Of a stretch of DNA of 64,000 nt, positions 10,011 through 20,498 are shown one piece after another. The stretch is from positions 7,675 through 71,674 of the forward strand of contig JAJCYE010000108.1 of NCBI GenBank assembly GCA_029263075.1, given 5' to 3'. Position 1 is the stretch's first letter, and every line of letters starts with the position of its first letter. This stretch comes from Actinomycetes bacterium. Lineage in GTDB: Bacteria; Actinomycetota; CADDZG01; JAHWKV01. The position numbers and the translations under genes were made by a program. Under the pieces are notes generated by a model. That model was not told where the DNA came from. It did no database searches and saw nothing but the letters and a program-made list of their open reading frames with translations.

Positions 10011-11993
10011 CTAGGCCAGCTGTTCGGCCAGCTTCTCCGGGTCCGAGGTGGGAGCTTTGCAGGCGAAGTGTTCGCAGACGAAAGCCGTGGGATTGCCGCC
10101 GATGGCCACCTTGTCCTGCAGCATCGGAGACTCGATCCCCGGCGGCGACCCCGCTACAACCTTGTTGGGCAGGTAGCGGGTCCAGATCTGCTCGATGAGC
10201 GGGTCGGCTTCGGGCCGCCGCCCTACCACCACGATCTCTTTGGGGGTGGACAAGAAGAAGTCCAGCGCCGAGAGGAAGCTGGTGGCTGCCTGCGGGACCC
10301 GGTCCATGTGGGTGGAGGCCAACAACAAGATCTCCTCCGCCCTGGCGGTCAGGCTTTCGTCGCCGGTCAGCAGGGCCAGCCGCTGCATGACAAGCGCCGC
10401 CACCGCGTTGGGGGCCGGGGTGACGCTCTCGACGATCTCCTTTTGGCGCAGGATCAACTTCTCATGGTCGTCGCCCGTTGTGAAAAAGCTGCCTCCCTCC
10501 GGGTCCCAGAACAACTCGATCATCGTGGAAGTCAACTCCCGGGCCTCATGCAGCCACTGCGGGTCGAAGGTTACTTCCCACAGGGTCAGCGTGGCCTCCG
10601 CCAGGTAGGCGTAGTCCTCCAACAAGCCCAGGACCCGGGCCTGGCCGTCCTTGTAGGAGTGCATCAGGCGGCCGTCGGCGTTGCGAGCGGTGTCGAGCAG
10701 GAAACGGGCCGCTTTTGCGCCCTCCTCCACCAGATCGGGCCGGCCGAAGGCGGCCCCCGCCTCGGCGAAGGCGGTGATGGTCAGCCCGTTCCAGGAGGTC
10801 AGGATCTTTTCGTCCCGGGCCGGCCGGACCCGGCGTGACCGGGCCTGAAGGAGCCTGGCTCGGGCTTCAAGCGGGGGGTCGTCGGTGGCCGCGGTAAGGA
10901 TGTTGGTCCCCTCGAAGTTGCCCTGAGGCGTGACCCCGTAGTAGCCGGCGGCCTCGGGCGCCAGCGACTCGATCTCCTCGGCGCTCCAGACATAAAACTT
11001 GCCCTCGTGGCCCTCAGAGTCGGCATCTTCGCTGGCGTAGAAGCCGCCGGAGGCGTCCTGCATGTCCCGGGTGAGGTAGCCGAGGGTCTCCTCGGCGACT
11101 CGCCGGTAGAGGGGGGTGTGGTCCCGCTGCCAGGCGCGTATGTAGACGCGGGCTAGCTGGGCGTTGTCGTAGAGCATCTTCTCGAAGTGCGGCGTAAGCC
11201 AGTTGGCGTCCACCGTGTAGCGGGCGAAGCCGCCACCGACCTGGTCGTAGATGCCGCCGTGGGCCATCTTCTTGAGGGTGGTGCTCACCATCTCGGCCGA
11301 CGTGGCGTCCCCGTCCGCGGCACGGCGGAGGAGAAACTCCAGCACCGGCGGCTGGGGGAACTTGGGCGCCCCGCCGAACCCCCCGTTTTTTCGGTCGAAG
11401 ACCCGGGCGAGGGTGTCCGCCGCCTCGGTCAGCAGCCGGGGCTCCAGGCCGCCCTTGGCCCGGGGGGGACGGTTGGCCTCCCCGATCTTGCGGACCAACT
11501 CTTTGCCCTCTTCCAAGATTGCCGGCCCCTGCTCCCGCCAGGCTCGGCTCACCCCGGCCAGGACCTTGGTGAATGCAGGCATCCCGGGTCTGTCGGCCGG
11601 GGGGAAGTAGGTGCCGCCGTAGAACGGGATGCCCTCGGGGGTGGCCCATACACTCATCGGCCAGCCGCCCTGCCCGCTCAACGCCTGGACCGCGTCCATG
11701 TAGATGGCGTCGATGTCGGGGCGTTCCTCCCGGTCAACCTTGATGCAGACGAAGTTGTCGTTCATCACCTGGGCGGTGTCGGGGTTCTCGAACGACTCCC
11801 GCTCCATGACGTGGCACCAGTGGCAGGCCGCGTACCCGATCGAAATGAACAGCGCCTTGTTCTCGGCCGCCGCCCGCTCCAGCGCTTCCGGGCCCCACGG
11901 GTACCAGTCCACCGGGTTGTAGGCGTGCTGAAGCAGGTAGGGGCTGGTCTCACCGGCTAGCCGGTTGGCGGTCTGGTTCGAGGCTTCAGACAT
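10011..11993 (-). CDS. Thioredoxin-domain protein, DUF255/YyaL family (SPATA20-like; N-acylglucosamine-epimerase-like C-domain)
   Basis: The N-terminus [15 protein letters not shown]...[14 protein letters not shown] is typical of DUF255. 660 aa. Confidence 0.8.
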   Translation of the reverse strand: MSEASNQTANRLAGETSPYLLQHAYNPVDWYPWGPEALERAAAENKALFISIGYAACHWCHVMERESFENPDTAQVMNDNFVCIKVDREERPDIDAIYMDAVQALSGQGGWPMSVWATPEGIPFYGGTYFPPADRPGMPAFTKVLAGVSRAWREQGPAILEEGKELVRKIGEANRPPRAKGGLEPRLLTEAADTLARVFDRKNGGFGGAPKFPQPPVLEFLLRRAADGDATSAEMVSTTLKKMAHGGIYDQVGGGFARYTVDANWLTPHFEKMLYDNAQLARVYIRAWQRDHTPLYRRVAEETLGYLTRDMQDASGGFYASEDADSEGHEGKFYVWSAEEIESLAPEAAGYYGVTPQGNFEGTNILTAATDDPPLEARARLLQARSRRVRPARDEKILTSWNGLTITAFAEAGAAFGRPDLVEEGAKAARFLLDTARNADGRLMHSYKDGQARVLGLLEDYAYLAEATLTLWEVTFDPQWLHEARELTSTMIELFWDPEGGSFFTTGDDHEKLILRQKEIVESVTPAPNAVAALVMQRLALLTGDESLTARAEEILLLASTHMDRVPQAATSFLSALDFFLSTPKEIVVVGRRPEADPLIEQIWTRYLPNKVVAGSPPGIESPMLQDKVAIGGNPTAFVCEHFACKAPTSDPEKLAEQLA

Positions 11994-12137
11994 GTTTTAG
12001 CGAGCTTTCATTTGGGTGCCGGGTGTCTTAAACCTAACCCAGGTGGGTGAGCAAAGTTGGTTGATAGGCTGGTCACGTTCCCCCGCGGGGCTACCATCAA
12101 AACGACGCCGCGGGCCGGGTCCAAGAATGGAGTAGTT

Positions 12138-12656
12138 ATGTCACTTGCCGGTTCTGCAGAACCCGCAACACCCACCTTAGAAATCAGTCCCTGGAGCCGG
12201 CGTTTCGGCGCTTGGGCCATTGATTTCGCCATCTTCGCCGCCATCTTCGGCGCCTTCGGGGCCTACAAGGCGCTCACCGAGCTCGATGCCCAGGGACTGC
12301 TGACCGAAAACCCGGATCAGGCGGCAATCGAAAGAGCGATCAACGACCTGACCGGGTACTTCTTCATCTTCGGCCTGGTCGCCACGCTTGTCACCACCGC
12401 CTACTTCATCGTCATGCACGCCGCCGCCGGCAAGACTTTCGGCAAAATGATCTGCGGGATCAAGGTCGTCAAACAAGACGGATCGCCGTGCGACTGGGCC
12501 GCCGCCGGTAGGCGAGCGGTGGTCTACCCTCTCGCCGGAGGCGTGCCGTACGTGGGCACGCTTATTGCTTTGCTGAACGGCTTCTGGCCGCTTTGGGACG
12601 GAAAACACCAGTCTCTGGGCGATAAACTCGCCGGCACTTACGTGGTCAAAAAGTAG
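12138..12656 (+). CDS. RDD family membrane protein
   Basis: WSRRFGAWAIDFAIFAA... followed by an R..D..D pattern. GGAG RBS before the ATG at 12138; the longer ORF starts at 12057. Confidence 0.55.
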   Translation: MSLAGSAEPATPTLEISPWSRRFGAWAIDFAIFAAIFGAFGAYKALTELDAQGLLTENPDQAAIERAINDLTGYFFIFGLVATLVTTAYFIVMHAAAGKTFGKMICGIKVVKQDGSPCDWAAAGRRAVVYPLAGGVPYVGTLIALLNGFWPLWDGKHQSLGDKLAGTYVVKK

Positions 12657-12676
12657 GGTCGCCCGGCCCGGGCGGC

Positions 12677-13597
12677 TTGAGGTCAATGGACATTCGTATC
12701 GGGATGCACGTCCGCGGGTTTGCTGCGGGCAAGCCGGTCGCCGCCGCCGATGCCATAGAGCGCGGCGCCGAGGTGGTCCAATTCTTCACCTCCAACCCAC
12801 GCCAGTGGCGGGTCCCGCCCGTCGACCCCAACTCCGACGCCCTGATGCGATCCCAGATGCGGGACGCGGGGCTGGGCCGGATGTTCATCCACGCCCCCTA
12901 TCTGATTAACCTCGCCTCACCCACCGCCGCCACCCGAGAAGCCTCGTGCCGGACGGTTGAGTGGACGATGCGCCGGGCTGCGGACCTGGGCGTCGAGGGG
13001 GTGGTCGTGCACGCCGGGCACTGCGTCGGGCGGGACCGGGCGGAAGCTGTTGAGGGCACCGCTCAGCTACTGCGCAGGCTGCTTGCCTCAGCTCCCAAGG
13101 GCCCGCGACTGCTGGTGGAGCTCACCTCGGGCGCCAAAGGGGCGGTTGCCGGTGTCCTGTCCCAGGCCGGCGAGTTACTGGACGCCTGTGGCGATCAGCC
13201 GGGCATGGGAATCTGCCTGGACACCTGTCATCTGCACGCCGCCGGGTACGACCTGTCGGGCCCGGAGGGAGTCGACCGGATGGTCGGCGAGGTGGTGCGG
13301 TATGTAGGGCTGGACCGGCTGGGACTGGTCCACGCCAACGACTCCCGCGACCCGCGGGATTCGCGGCGGGATCGCCACTGGCACGTCGGCCGGGGAGAGA
13401 TCGGGGTGGAGGGGTTCCGGGCGTTGGTCGAGCACCCCGGGCTGGCCGGCACCCCGTTCATCTGTGAAACACCGGGTGGGTTGGAGGACGACCGAGCCAA
13501 CCTTGAGGTGCTGAAGTCCCTCCGGGAGGGTCTTCGGGTGGTGTTGAGGGCCGGCGACCCGGGGGCCGGTGTTGAGCAGGTCGCCCGCCCCAACTAG
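12677..13597 (+). CDS. nfo: Deoxyribonuclease IV (endonuclease IV, AP endonuclease family 2)
   Basis: Nfo metal-binding blocks HAPYLINLAS and CLDTCHLHAAGYD. Confidence 0.85.
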   Translation: MRSMDIRIGMHVRGFAAGKPVAAADAIERGAEVVQFFTSNPRQWRVPPVDPNSDALMRSQMRDAGLGRMFIHAPYLINLASPTAATREASCRTVEWTMRRAADLGVEGVVVHAGHCVGRDRAEAVEGTAQLLRRLLASAPKGPRLLVELTSGAKGAVAGVLSQAGELLDACGDQPGMGICLDTCHLHAAGYDLSGPEGVDRMVGEVVRYVGLDRLGLVHANDSRDPRDSRRDRHWHVGRGEIGVEGFRALVEHPGLAGTPFICETPGGLEDDRANLEVLKSLREGLRVVLRAGDPGAGVEQVARPN

Positions 13598-13694
13598 AAT
13601 TGGTACGCAGCAGGCTCGGCCGATGGCCGTTGCTCCTAGTTCTTGATCGTCCGGTCTCGCTCACCGGAGCCCTTCTACTCAAAGGATTGATGTT

Positions 13695-14972
13695 ATGCCG
13701 GGCATCGCGCTCGTAGGAACCCAGTGGGGGGACGAAGGTAAGGGCAAGGTCACCCACCTGATGGCCCACCAGATGGACATGGTCGTCCGCTACTCGGGGG
13801 GAAACAACGCCGGGCACACGGTTATCGTCGGCAAAGAGACCTTCAAGCTGCACCTGCTGCCGGCCGGCATCCTCTACCCGCACATCGTGCCGGTCATCGG
13901 TCCGGGCGTGGTGGTCGACCCCAAAGTCCTGCTCGATGAGATGGATCGTCTGGAGGCCCGCGGCCTGTCGGTAGAGAAGCTGGCGATTTCCAGCAACGCC
14001 CACGTGATCATGCCGTATCACCGGGAGTTGGACGCCCTTATCGAACGCCGCCTGGGCAAACTGAAGCTCGGCACCACCAAGCGGGGCATCGGCCCGGCCT
14101 ACTCGGACAAGGCGTCCCGCATAGGCATCCGGGTCCAGGACCTGCTGGACCCGAAGATCTTTGCGGCCAAGCTCGAGATCAATCTGCGGGAGAAGAACCT
14201 GCTGCTGACCAAAATTTACGGACGGCTTCCGATGAAGATGGATGCAATCCTGGAGGAGTACCTGGGGTTCGCCGACCGGCTGACGCCGCACATCACCGAC
14301 ACGGTGACGGTTGTCCACGAGGCGCTGGAGGCCGGCAAAAACGTGCTGTTCGAGGGGGCCCAGGGCACCATGCTGGACCTCGACCACGGGACCTATCCCT
14401 TTGTCACCTCATCCAACCCGGTTGCCGGGGGCCTGTGTGCCGGGGCCGGGGTGGGTCCGAAGGCCGTCGACCGGATCATCGGCGTGACCAAGGCGTACAT
14501 CACCCGGGTGGGCGAGGGGCCGTTCCCCTCCGAGGACCGGGGGTCGGACGGGCTGGAGATGGTCAACCGGGGCAAGGAGTACGGAGCGACCACCGGCAGG
14601 CAGCGCCGCTGCGGGTGGTTCGACGCGGTCATCGGCCGCTACGCCACCCGGCTGAACTCGCTGACCGAGATCTTCTTGACCAAGGTCGACGTGTTGAGCT
14701 CGTTCGACACCATCAAAATCTGCACCGCCTACGAGTACAACGGCCAGAAGTACGAAAACTTCCCGCCCCATCAGACCATCTTCCACAAGGCGAAGCCGAT
14801 CTTCGAAGAAATGCCCGGCTGGCGCACCGACATCAGCGGCGCCCGTACCTGGGACGATCTCCCGGAGAAGGCACAGGACTACATCCGCCGCCTGGAAGAG
14901 CTGTGCGACGTGCCGATCACCGACATTTCGGTTGGTCCGGAAGCCACGGAAACGGTGTCCCGCCGAGGGTGA
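13695..14972 (+). CDS. purA: Adenylosuccinate synthetase
   Basis: N-terminal P-loop QWGDEGKGK and IGP motifs. 425 aa. Confidence 0.95.
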   Translation: MPGIALVGTQWGDEGKGKVTHLMAHQMDMVVRYSGGNNAGHTVIVGKETFKLHLLPAGILYPHIVPVIGPGVVVDPKVLLDEMDRLEARGLSVEKLAISSNAHVIMPYHRELDALIERRLGKLKLGTTKRGIGPAYSDKASRIGIRVQDLLDPKIFAAKLEINLREKNLLLTKIYGRLPMKMDAILEEYLGFADRLTPHITDTVTVVHEALEAGKNVLFEGAQGTMLDLDHGTYPFVTSSNPVAGGLCAGAGVGPKAVDRIIGVTKAYITRVGEGPFPSEDRGSDGLEMVNRGKEYGATTGRQRRCGWFDAVIGRYATRLNSLTEIFLTKVDVLSSFDTIKICTAYEYNGQKYENFPPHQTIFHKAKPIFEEMPGWRTDISGARTWDDLPEKAQDYIRRLEELCDVPITDISVGPEATETVSRRG

Positions 14973-16234
14973 GAGTCCTTGTCGTTGGGGGCGGGGGCCG
15001 GGAACACGCCCTTGCCTGGGCGCTGGCCCGCAGCCCGTCGGTAACCGAGGTCCACGCCGCACCCGGCAACCCGGGGATCGCCCGCGTGGCCACCTGCCAT
15101 CCGGTTGGCGTTGGAGACATCCCCGGACTGGTCGACCTGGCCGCCCGCCTGGCGGCCGACCTGGTGGTCATCGGCCCAGAGGCGCCGCTGGCGGCCGGCC
15201 TGGCCGACGCCCTTGAACAACGGGGAATCGCCGCCTTCGGCCCCAAAAAGAGCGGCGCCCGGCTGGAGGCGTCGAAGACGTTTGCCAAGCAGGTAATGGA
15301 GTTCGCCGGGATCCCTACCGCCGATGCCCGGACTTTCGAGTCGGCTTCGGCCGCCATCTCCTATGTGCAGGAGCAGGGCGGCCCGGTGGTGGTGAAGGCC
15401 GACGGCCTGGCGGCCGGCAAAGGCGTAACCGTCTGCGACGGCCCGGCCGACGCCAAGGCGGCAATCTTGGAAGCGATGGAGCAGCACCGCTTCGGCGAAG
15501 CCGGCAACACGGTTTTGATCGAGGAGCGAATGGAGGGCCCCGAGTTGTCGATCCTGGCCTTCTGCGATGGTGAATCCGTCCTCCCCCTTCCGGCGGCCCA
15601 GGACTTCAAGCGGTCGCTCGACGGGGACCTGGGGCCGAACACCGGGGGCATGGGCAGCTATTCGCCGGTTCCCGTTGCCACCGATGCGGTCATAGAGGAG
15701 GCGATGGACAAGATTCTCAACCCGGTGGCCGCCCAACTGGGACGGATGGGGCGCTACTACGTGGGGGTTATCTACGCGGGCTTGATGCTGACTCCGGCGG
15801 GCCTGAAGGTGGTGGAGTTCAACTGCCGGTTCGGGGACCCCGAAACGCAGGCGGTCCTGCCCCGGCTGGAGTCCGACCTGGGTGAGCTGATGGCGGCCAC
15901 AACCCAAGGCGAGCTGGCCGGGATGAAGGTGGCGTGCTGCGACCAGGCGTGCGTAACGGTGGTTGCGGCGTCCGGTGGTTATCCGGAGGCAGACCCGCTG
16001 AAGACGGGTTTTGAGATCACCGGGCTGGAGCAAGCCGAGGCCCTGGGGGTACAGATTTTCCACTCGGGCACGGCCGAGAGGGACGGGAAGCTGGTGACGT
16101 CGGGGGGCCGGGTACTGTCGGTGAGCGCCCTGGGCGACGACCTGGCGGGTGCCCGCGGACTGGCCTACCGGGCTTTGGAGGAGATTGGCTTTGAGGGTAT
16201 GAGAAACAGGTCGGACATCGCCTCCGGGTATTGA
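14969..16234 (+). CDS. purD: Phosphoribosylamine--glycine ligase (GAR synthetase)
   Basis: GTG start overlapping the purA stop (GTGA). ATP-grasp fold beginning VRVLVVGGGGREHALAWAL. Confidence 0.9.
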   Translation: MRVLVVGGGGREHALAWALARSPSVTEVHAAPGNPGIARVATCHPVGVGDIPGLVDLAARLAADLVVIGPEAPLAAGLADALEQRGIAAFGPKKSGARLEASKTFAKQVMEFAGIPTADARTFESASAAISYVQEQGGPVVVKADGLAAGKGVTVCDGPADAKAAILEAMEQHRFGEAGNTVLIEERMEGPELSILAFCDGESVLPLPAAQDFKRSLDGDLGPNTGGMGSYSPVPVATDAVIEEAMDKILNPVAAQLGRMGRYYVGVIYAGLMLTPAGLKVVEFNCRFGDPETQAVLPRLESDLGELMAATTQGELAGMKVACCDQACVTVVAASGGYPEADPLKTGFEITGLEQAEALGVQIFHSGTAERDGKLVTSGGRVLSVSALGDDLAGARGLAYRALEEIGFEGMRNRSDIASGY

Positions 16235-16467
16235 AGGCCCGGGTCGGGCCTCATAACGATCCTGGGCGCACCCTCACCGGCGGTCGGCGGACGGCCGGAA
16301 TGCCGGCGGGGTTCACGGCAGAAGGCGGGGGCCCGGTCAATTAGACTGTCGGCAGGTCTTGCCGGGTGATGGGACTTGAACCCCCGGGGTAAACCTTCGG
16401 CTTGCCGGAGTGTCGGGTCTGGACCTCGGACCCAATCGTCGTTGAAGAAGTCGAGCGGAGGAACTAG

Positions 16468-16938
16468 ATGGCAATTCAGCCTTTGGTGGGCATCGTGATG
16501 GGCAGCGCGTCCGATCAACCCAAGATGCAGGCGGCGGAGATCATCCTCGACCGTTTCGGCGTCGCATACGAGTCCAACGTGATCAGCGCCCACCGCCAGC
16601 CCGAGCAGGCCCACGAGTACTCCAAGCTGGCCGAGGAGCGGGGGCTGGAGGTCATCATCGCCGCCGCCGGGCGGGCCGCCCACCTGGCCGGGGTAATGGC
16701 GGCCAACACCGTCCTGCCGGTGATCGGCGTGCCGGTGCACGGCGGGCACCTGGGTGGCGCGGACTCCCTCTACTCCACGGTTCAGATGCCGTCGGGCGTC
16801 CCGGTGGCGACCGTTGGGATCGACCAGGCCACCAACGCCGCCATCCTGGCGGTGCAGATCATCGCCTGCCACAACCCGGATCTCCGCGAGAAACTCCGTA
16901 CGTTCAAGCAGGAACTGTCGCAGGGCCTGAAAGTCTGA
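16468..16938 (+). CDS. purE: N5-carboxyaminoimidazole ribonucleotide mutase
   Basis: VGIVMGSASD and VIIAAAGRAAHLAGVMAA motifs. GGAGGA RBS upstream. Confidence 0.9.
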   Translation: MAIQPLVGIVMGSASDQPKMQAAEIILDRFGVAYESNVISAHRQPEQAHEYSKLAEERGLEVIIAAAGRAAHLAGVMAANTVLPVIGVPVHGGHLGGADSLYSTVQMPSGVPVATVGIDQATNAAILAVQIIACHNPDLREKLRTFKQELSQGLKV

Positions 16939-16977
16939 CCCGATCCCACCCAAAACCAGCTTTCGAGGATCAAGGGT

Positions 16978-17211
16978 ATGTGCGCCGTGGAGATGGGGGA
17001 GGGAGGACGGCTGGTGGTCCCCGCCGAGATCCGGGAGCGGCTGGGATGGTGCCCGGGAACGCATCTGGTCTTCATCGAAAGTCCCACGGGCCTGGTTTTG
17101 TTGAGCCGGGATCAACTGAAGGATCAGGTGCGTACCGAGATGGGGGGTCTCAACCTGGTCGACGAACTTCTGGAGGATCGCCGCTGGGCCGGTTGCGGGG
17201 ACGCTGCCTGA
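16978..17211 (+). CDS. AbrB/SpoVT(MazE)-type DNA-binding protein, antitoxin-like
   Basis: The GRLVVPAEIRERLG looped-hinge helix motif of AbrB/MazE-fold antitoxins. 77 aa, inserted between purE and purB. Confidence 0.5.
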   Translation: MCAVEMGEGGRLVVPAEIRERLGWCPGTHLVFIESPTGLVLLSRDQLKDQVRTEMGGLNLVDELLEDRRWAGCGDAA

Positions 17212-17324
17212 ACTTCTGCCTGACTATCGGCGATCATCTGGATGCTACGGTGTGGACGGCCGATGGGGGCTGGACCGGCAGCCGGATTCGGAACATTCGT
17301 TGGGACTCCTGAAAGGGTGAAGGT

Positions 17325-18629
<1,305 letters not shown>

Positions 18630-18631
18630 AG

Positions 18632-19543
18632 ATGGGCACGAACGCCACCTTCGACCTACCCCTCGAATTGATCGCCACCGGGAAGGTGCGCGACATCTAC
18701 GCGCTGGACGACGAACGCCTACTGTTCGTCACCTCCGACCGCATCTCCGCCTACGACGTGGTCATGAACGAGCAGATCCCCGACAAGGGCCGGGTCCTGA
18801 CCGGGATGACCAAGTTCTGGCTGGAGCGGGAATCGGAGGTACCGAACCACCTGATCTCAATGTCGGTGGCAGATTTGCCGGTAGAGGCGCAGCCGTTTGC
18901 CGACGACCTCAACGGCCGGTTCATGATCGTGCGCCGGCTGAACATGATGCCGGTGGAGTTCGTCGTCCGGGGTTACCTGGTGGGCTCGGGCTGGTCGGAG
19001 TACCGCCGCAACGGGACCATCGCCGGGATGCCGCTGCCCGAAGGCCTGCGTGAGGCGGACAAGCTCCCCGAACCGCTGTTCACTCCGGCCACCAAGGCGG
19101 TTACCGGCCACGACGAAAACATTTCCGAGGACGCAGCGGGTGAAATCCTGGGCGAGGCCCGCATGGCCGAGGCCCGGGACCTTGCGATCCGGCTGTACCA
19201 AGCCGGCGCCGACTACGCCTCATCCCGGGGCATCATCCTGGCCGACACCAAGTTCGAGTTCGGCGTTGACCCCTCCGGCAAAGTGGTGTTGGCCGACGAG
19301 GTCCTGACCCCGGACTCCTCGCGCTACTGGCCCGCGGAGGAGTACAAGCCCGGCACCAACCCCCCGTCGTTCGACAAGCAATACCTGAGGGACTGGTTGA
19401 GCGGCCTGGACTGGAACAAGGAGCCCCCGCCGCCGGCCCTGCCCGTCGACGTGATCACCGGCACCCGCACCCGCTATCTGGAAGCCTACGAGCGGATCAC
19501 CGGGCAAAAATTCGACGACTATATGAAAGAGGTCGGGGCATGA
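18632..19543 (+). CDS. purC: SAICAR synthetase
   Basis: GKVRDIY...SDRISAYDVVM motif. Confidence 0.9.
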   Translation: MGTNATFDLPLELIATGKVRDIYALDDERLLFVTSDRISAYDVVMNEQIPDKGRVLTGMTKFWLERESEVPNHLISMSVADLPVEAQPFADDLNGRFMIVRRLNMMPVEFVVRGYLVGSGWSEYRRNGTIAGMPLPEGLREADKLPEPLFTPATKAVTGHDENISEDAAGEILGEARMAEARDLAIRLYQAGADYASSRGIILADTKFEFGVDPSGKVVLADEVLTPDSSRYWPAEEYKPGTNPPSFDKQYLRDWLSGLDWNKEPPPPALPVDVITGTRTRYLEAYERITGQKFDDYMKEVGA

Positions 19544-19794
19544 CCAGGTTCGCCGCACAGATCAACGTGATGCCGAGGGCCGAGATCTCCGATCCCCAAG
19601 GCCAGACCGTGGAGCGCACCCTGCCTTCCATCGGGTTCGCGGGCATCTCCGGTGTCCGGGTGGGCAAGCGGATCACGCTGATCGTCGACGCCGCCGACGA
19701 AGAATCCGCCCGCAGCATCGTTGCCTCCGCTTCGGAGAAGATCCTGGCCAACCCGGTCATCGAGGACTACGAACTGGAGTTGACCCCCCTTTGA
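19540..19794 (+). CDS. purS: FGAM synthase PurS subunit
   Basis: 84 aa, PurS-like. ATGA overlap with purC. Confidence 0.85.
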   Translation: MTRFAAQINVMPRAEISDPQGQTVERTLPSIGFAGISGVRVGKRITLIVDAADEESARSIVASASEKILANPVIEDYELELTPL

Positions 19795-20498
19795 AACCCA
19801 CCGTCGGGGTGGTCGTGTTCCCGGGTTCGAACTGTGACCGGGACGCGAACTACTCCTTCGATTACCTGGGCGCCGGCACCCGCTTCATCTGGCACCTGGA
19901 GACCGACCTGGAGGGCATCGACATCATTGTGCTGCCCGGCGGGTTCGCCTACGGCGACTACCTGCGCACCGGGGCGATGGCCGCCTACTCGCCGGTGATG
20001 AACTCGGTGAAAGAGTTCGCCGCCTCGGGCAAACCGGTTATCGGCATCTGCAACGGGTTCCAGGTCCTGTGCGAGGCGGGCCTGCTGCCCGGCGCCCTGC
20101 GGCGCAACAGCGGCCTCAAATTCCGTTGTATGCCGGTCAAGATCCGGGTGGAGACGCTCGACTCGCCGTTCACCATGGGTGGCATGTGGCCGGGCCAGGT
20201 TCTGAACGTTCCCATTGCCCACTTCGACGGCAGCTACTACGCCGACGACGAGACCCTGGAGGAGTTGATCGCTTCCCGCCGTATCGCCTTTCGTTACTGC
20301 GATGCCGGGGGCGAGTTGACCGATGAGGCCAACCCCAACGGCTCCCGTCAGCACATCGCCGGGGTCCTCAACGAGCAGCGCAACGTCCTGGGCATGATGC
20401 CGCACCCGGAGAGGGCGGTGGATCCGGCAGTAGGCGGAACCGACGGGCGGCTGATCCTGGCTTCCATCCTTTACTCCTTGCAGCCGGCAGAATCGTAG
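19791..20498 (+). CDS. purQ: FGAM synthase glutamine amidotransferase subunit
   Basis: Class I GATase with catalytic GICNGFQ. Overlaps the purS stop. Confidence 0.9.
   Translation: MKPTVGVVVFPGSNCDRDANYSFDYLGAGTRFIWHLETDLEGIDIIVLPGGFAYGDYLRTGAMAAYSPVMNSVKEFAASGKPVIGICNGFQVLCEAGLLPGALRRNSGLKFRCMPVKIRVETLDSPFTMGGMWPGQVLNVPIAHFDGSYYADDETLEELIASRRIAFRYCDAGGELTDEANPNGSRQHIAGVLNEQRNVLGMMPHPERAVDPAVGGTDGRLILASILYSLQPAES

Noticed and set aside
12957-13307. Alternate-frame plus-strand ORFs inside nfo, purD and purL with Pro/Arg/Gly-rich translations (e.g. 14435-16234 long frame, 20626-21435)
   Set aside because: These are out-of-frame shadows of confidently called genes with junk-like composition. 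The real purD starts at the GTG at 14969.
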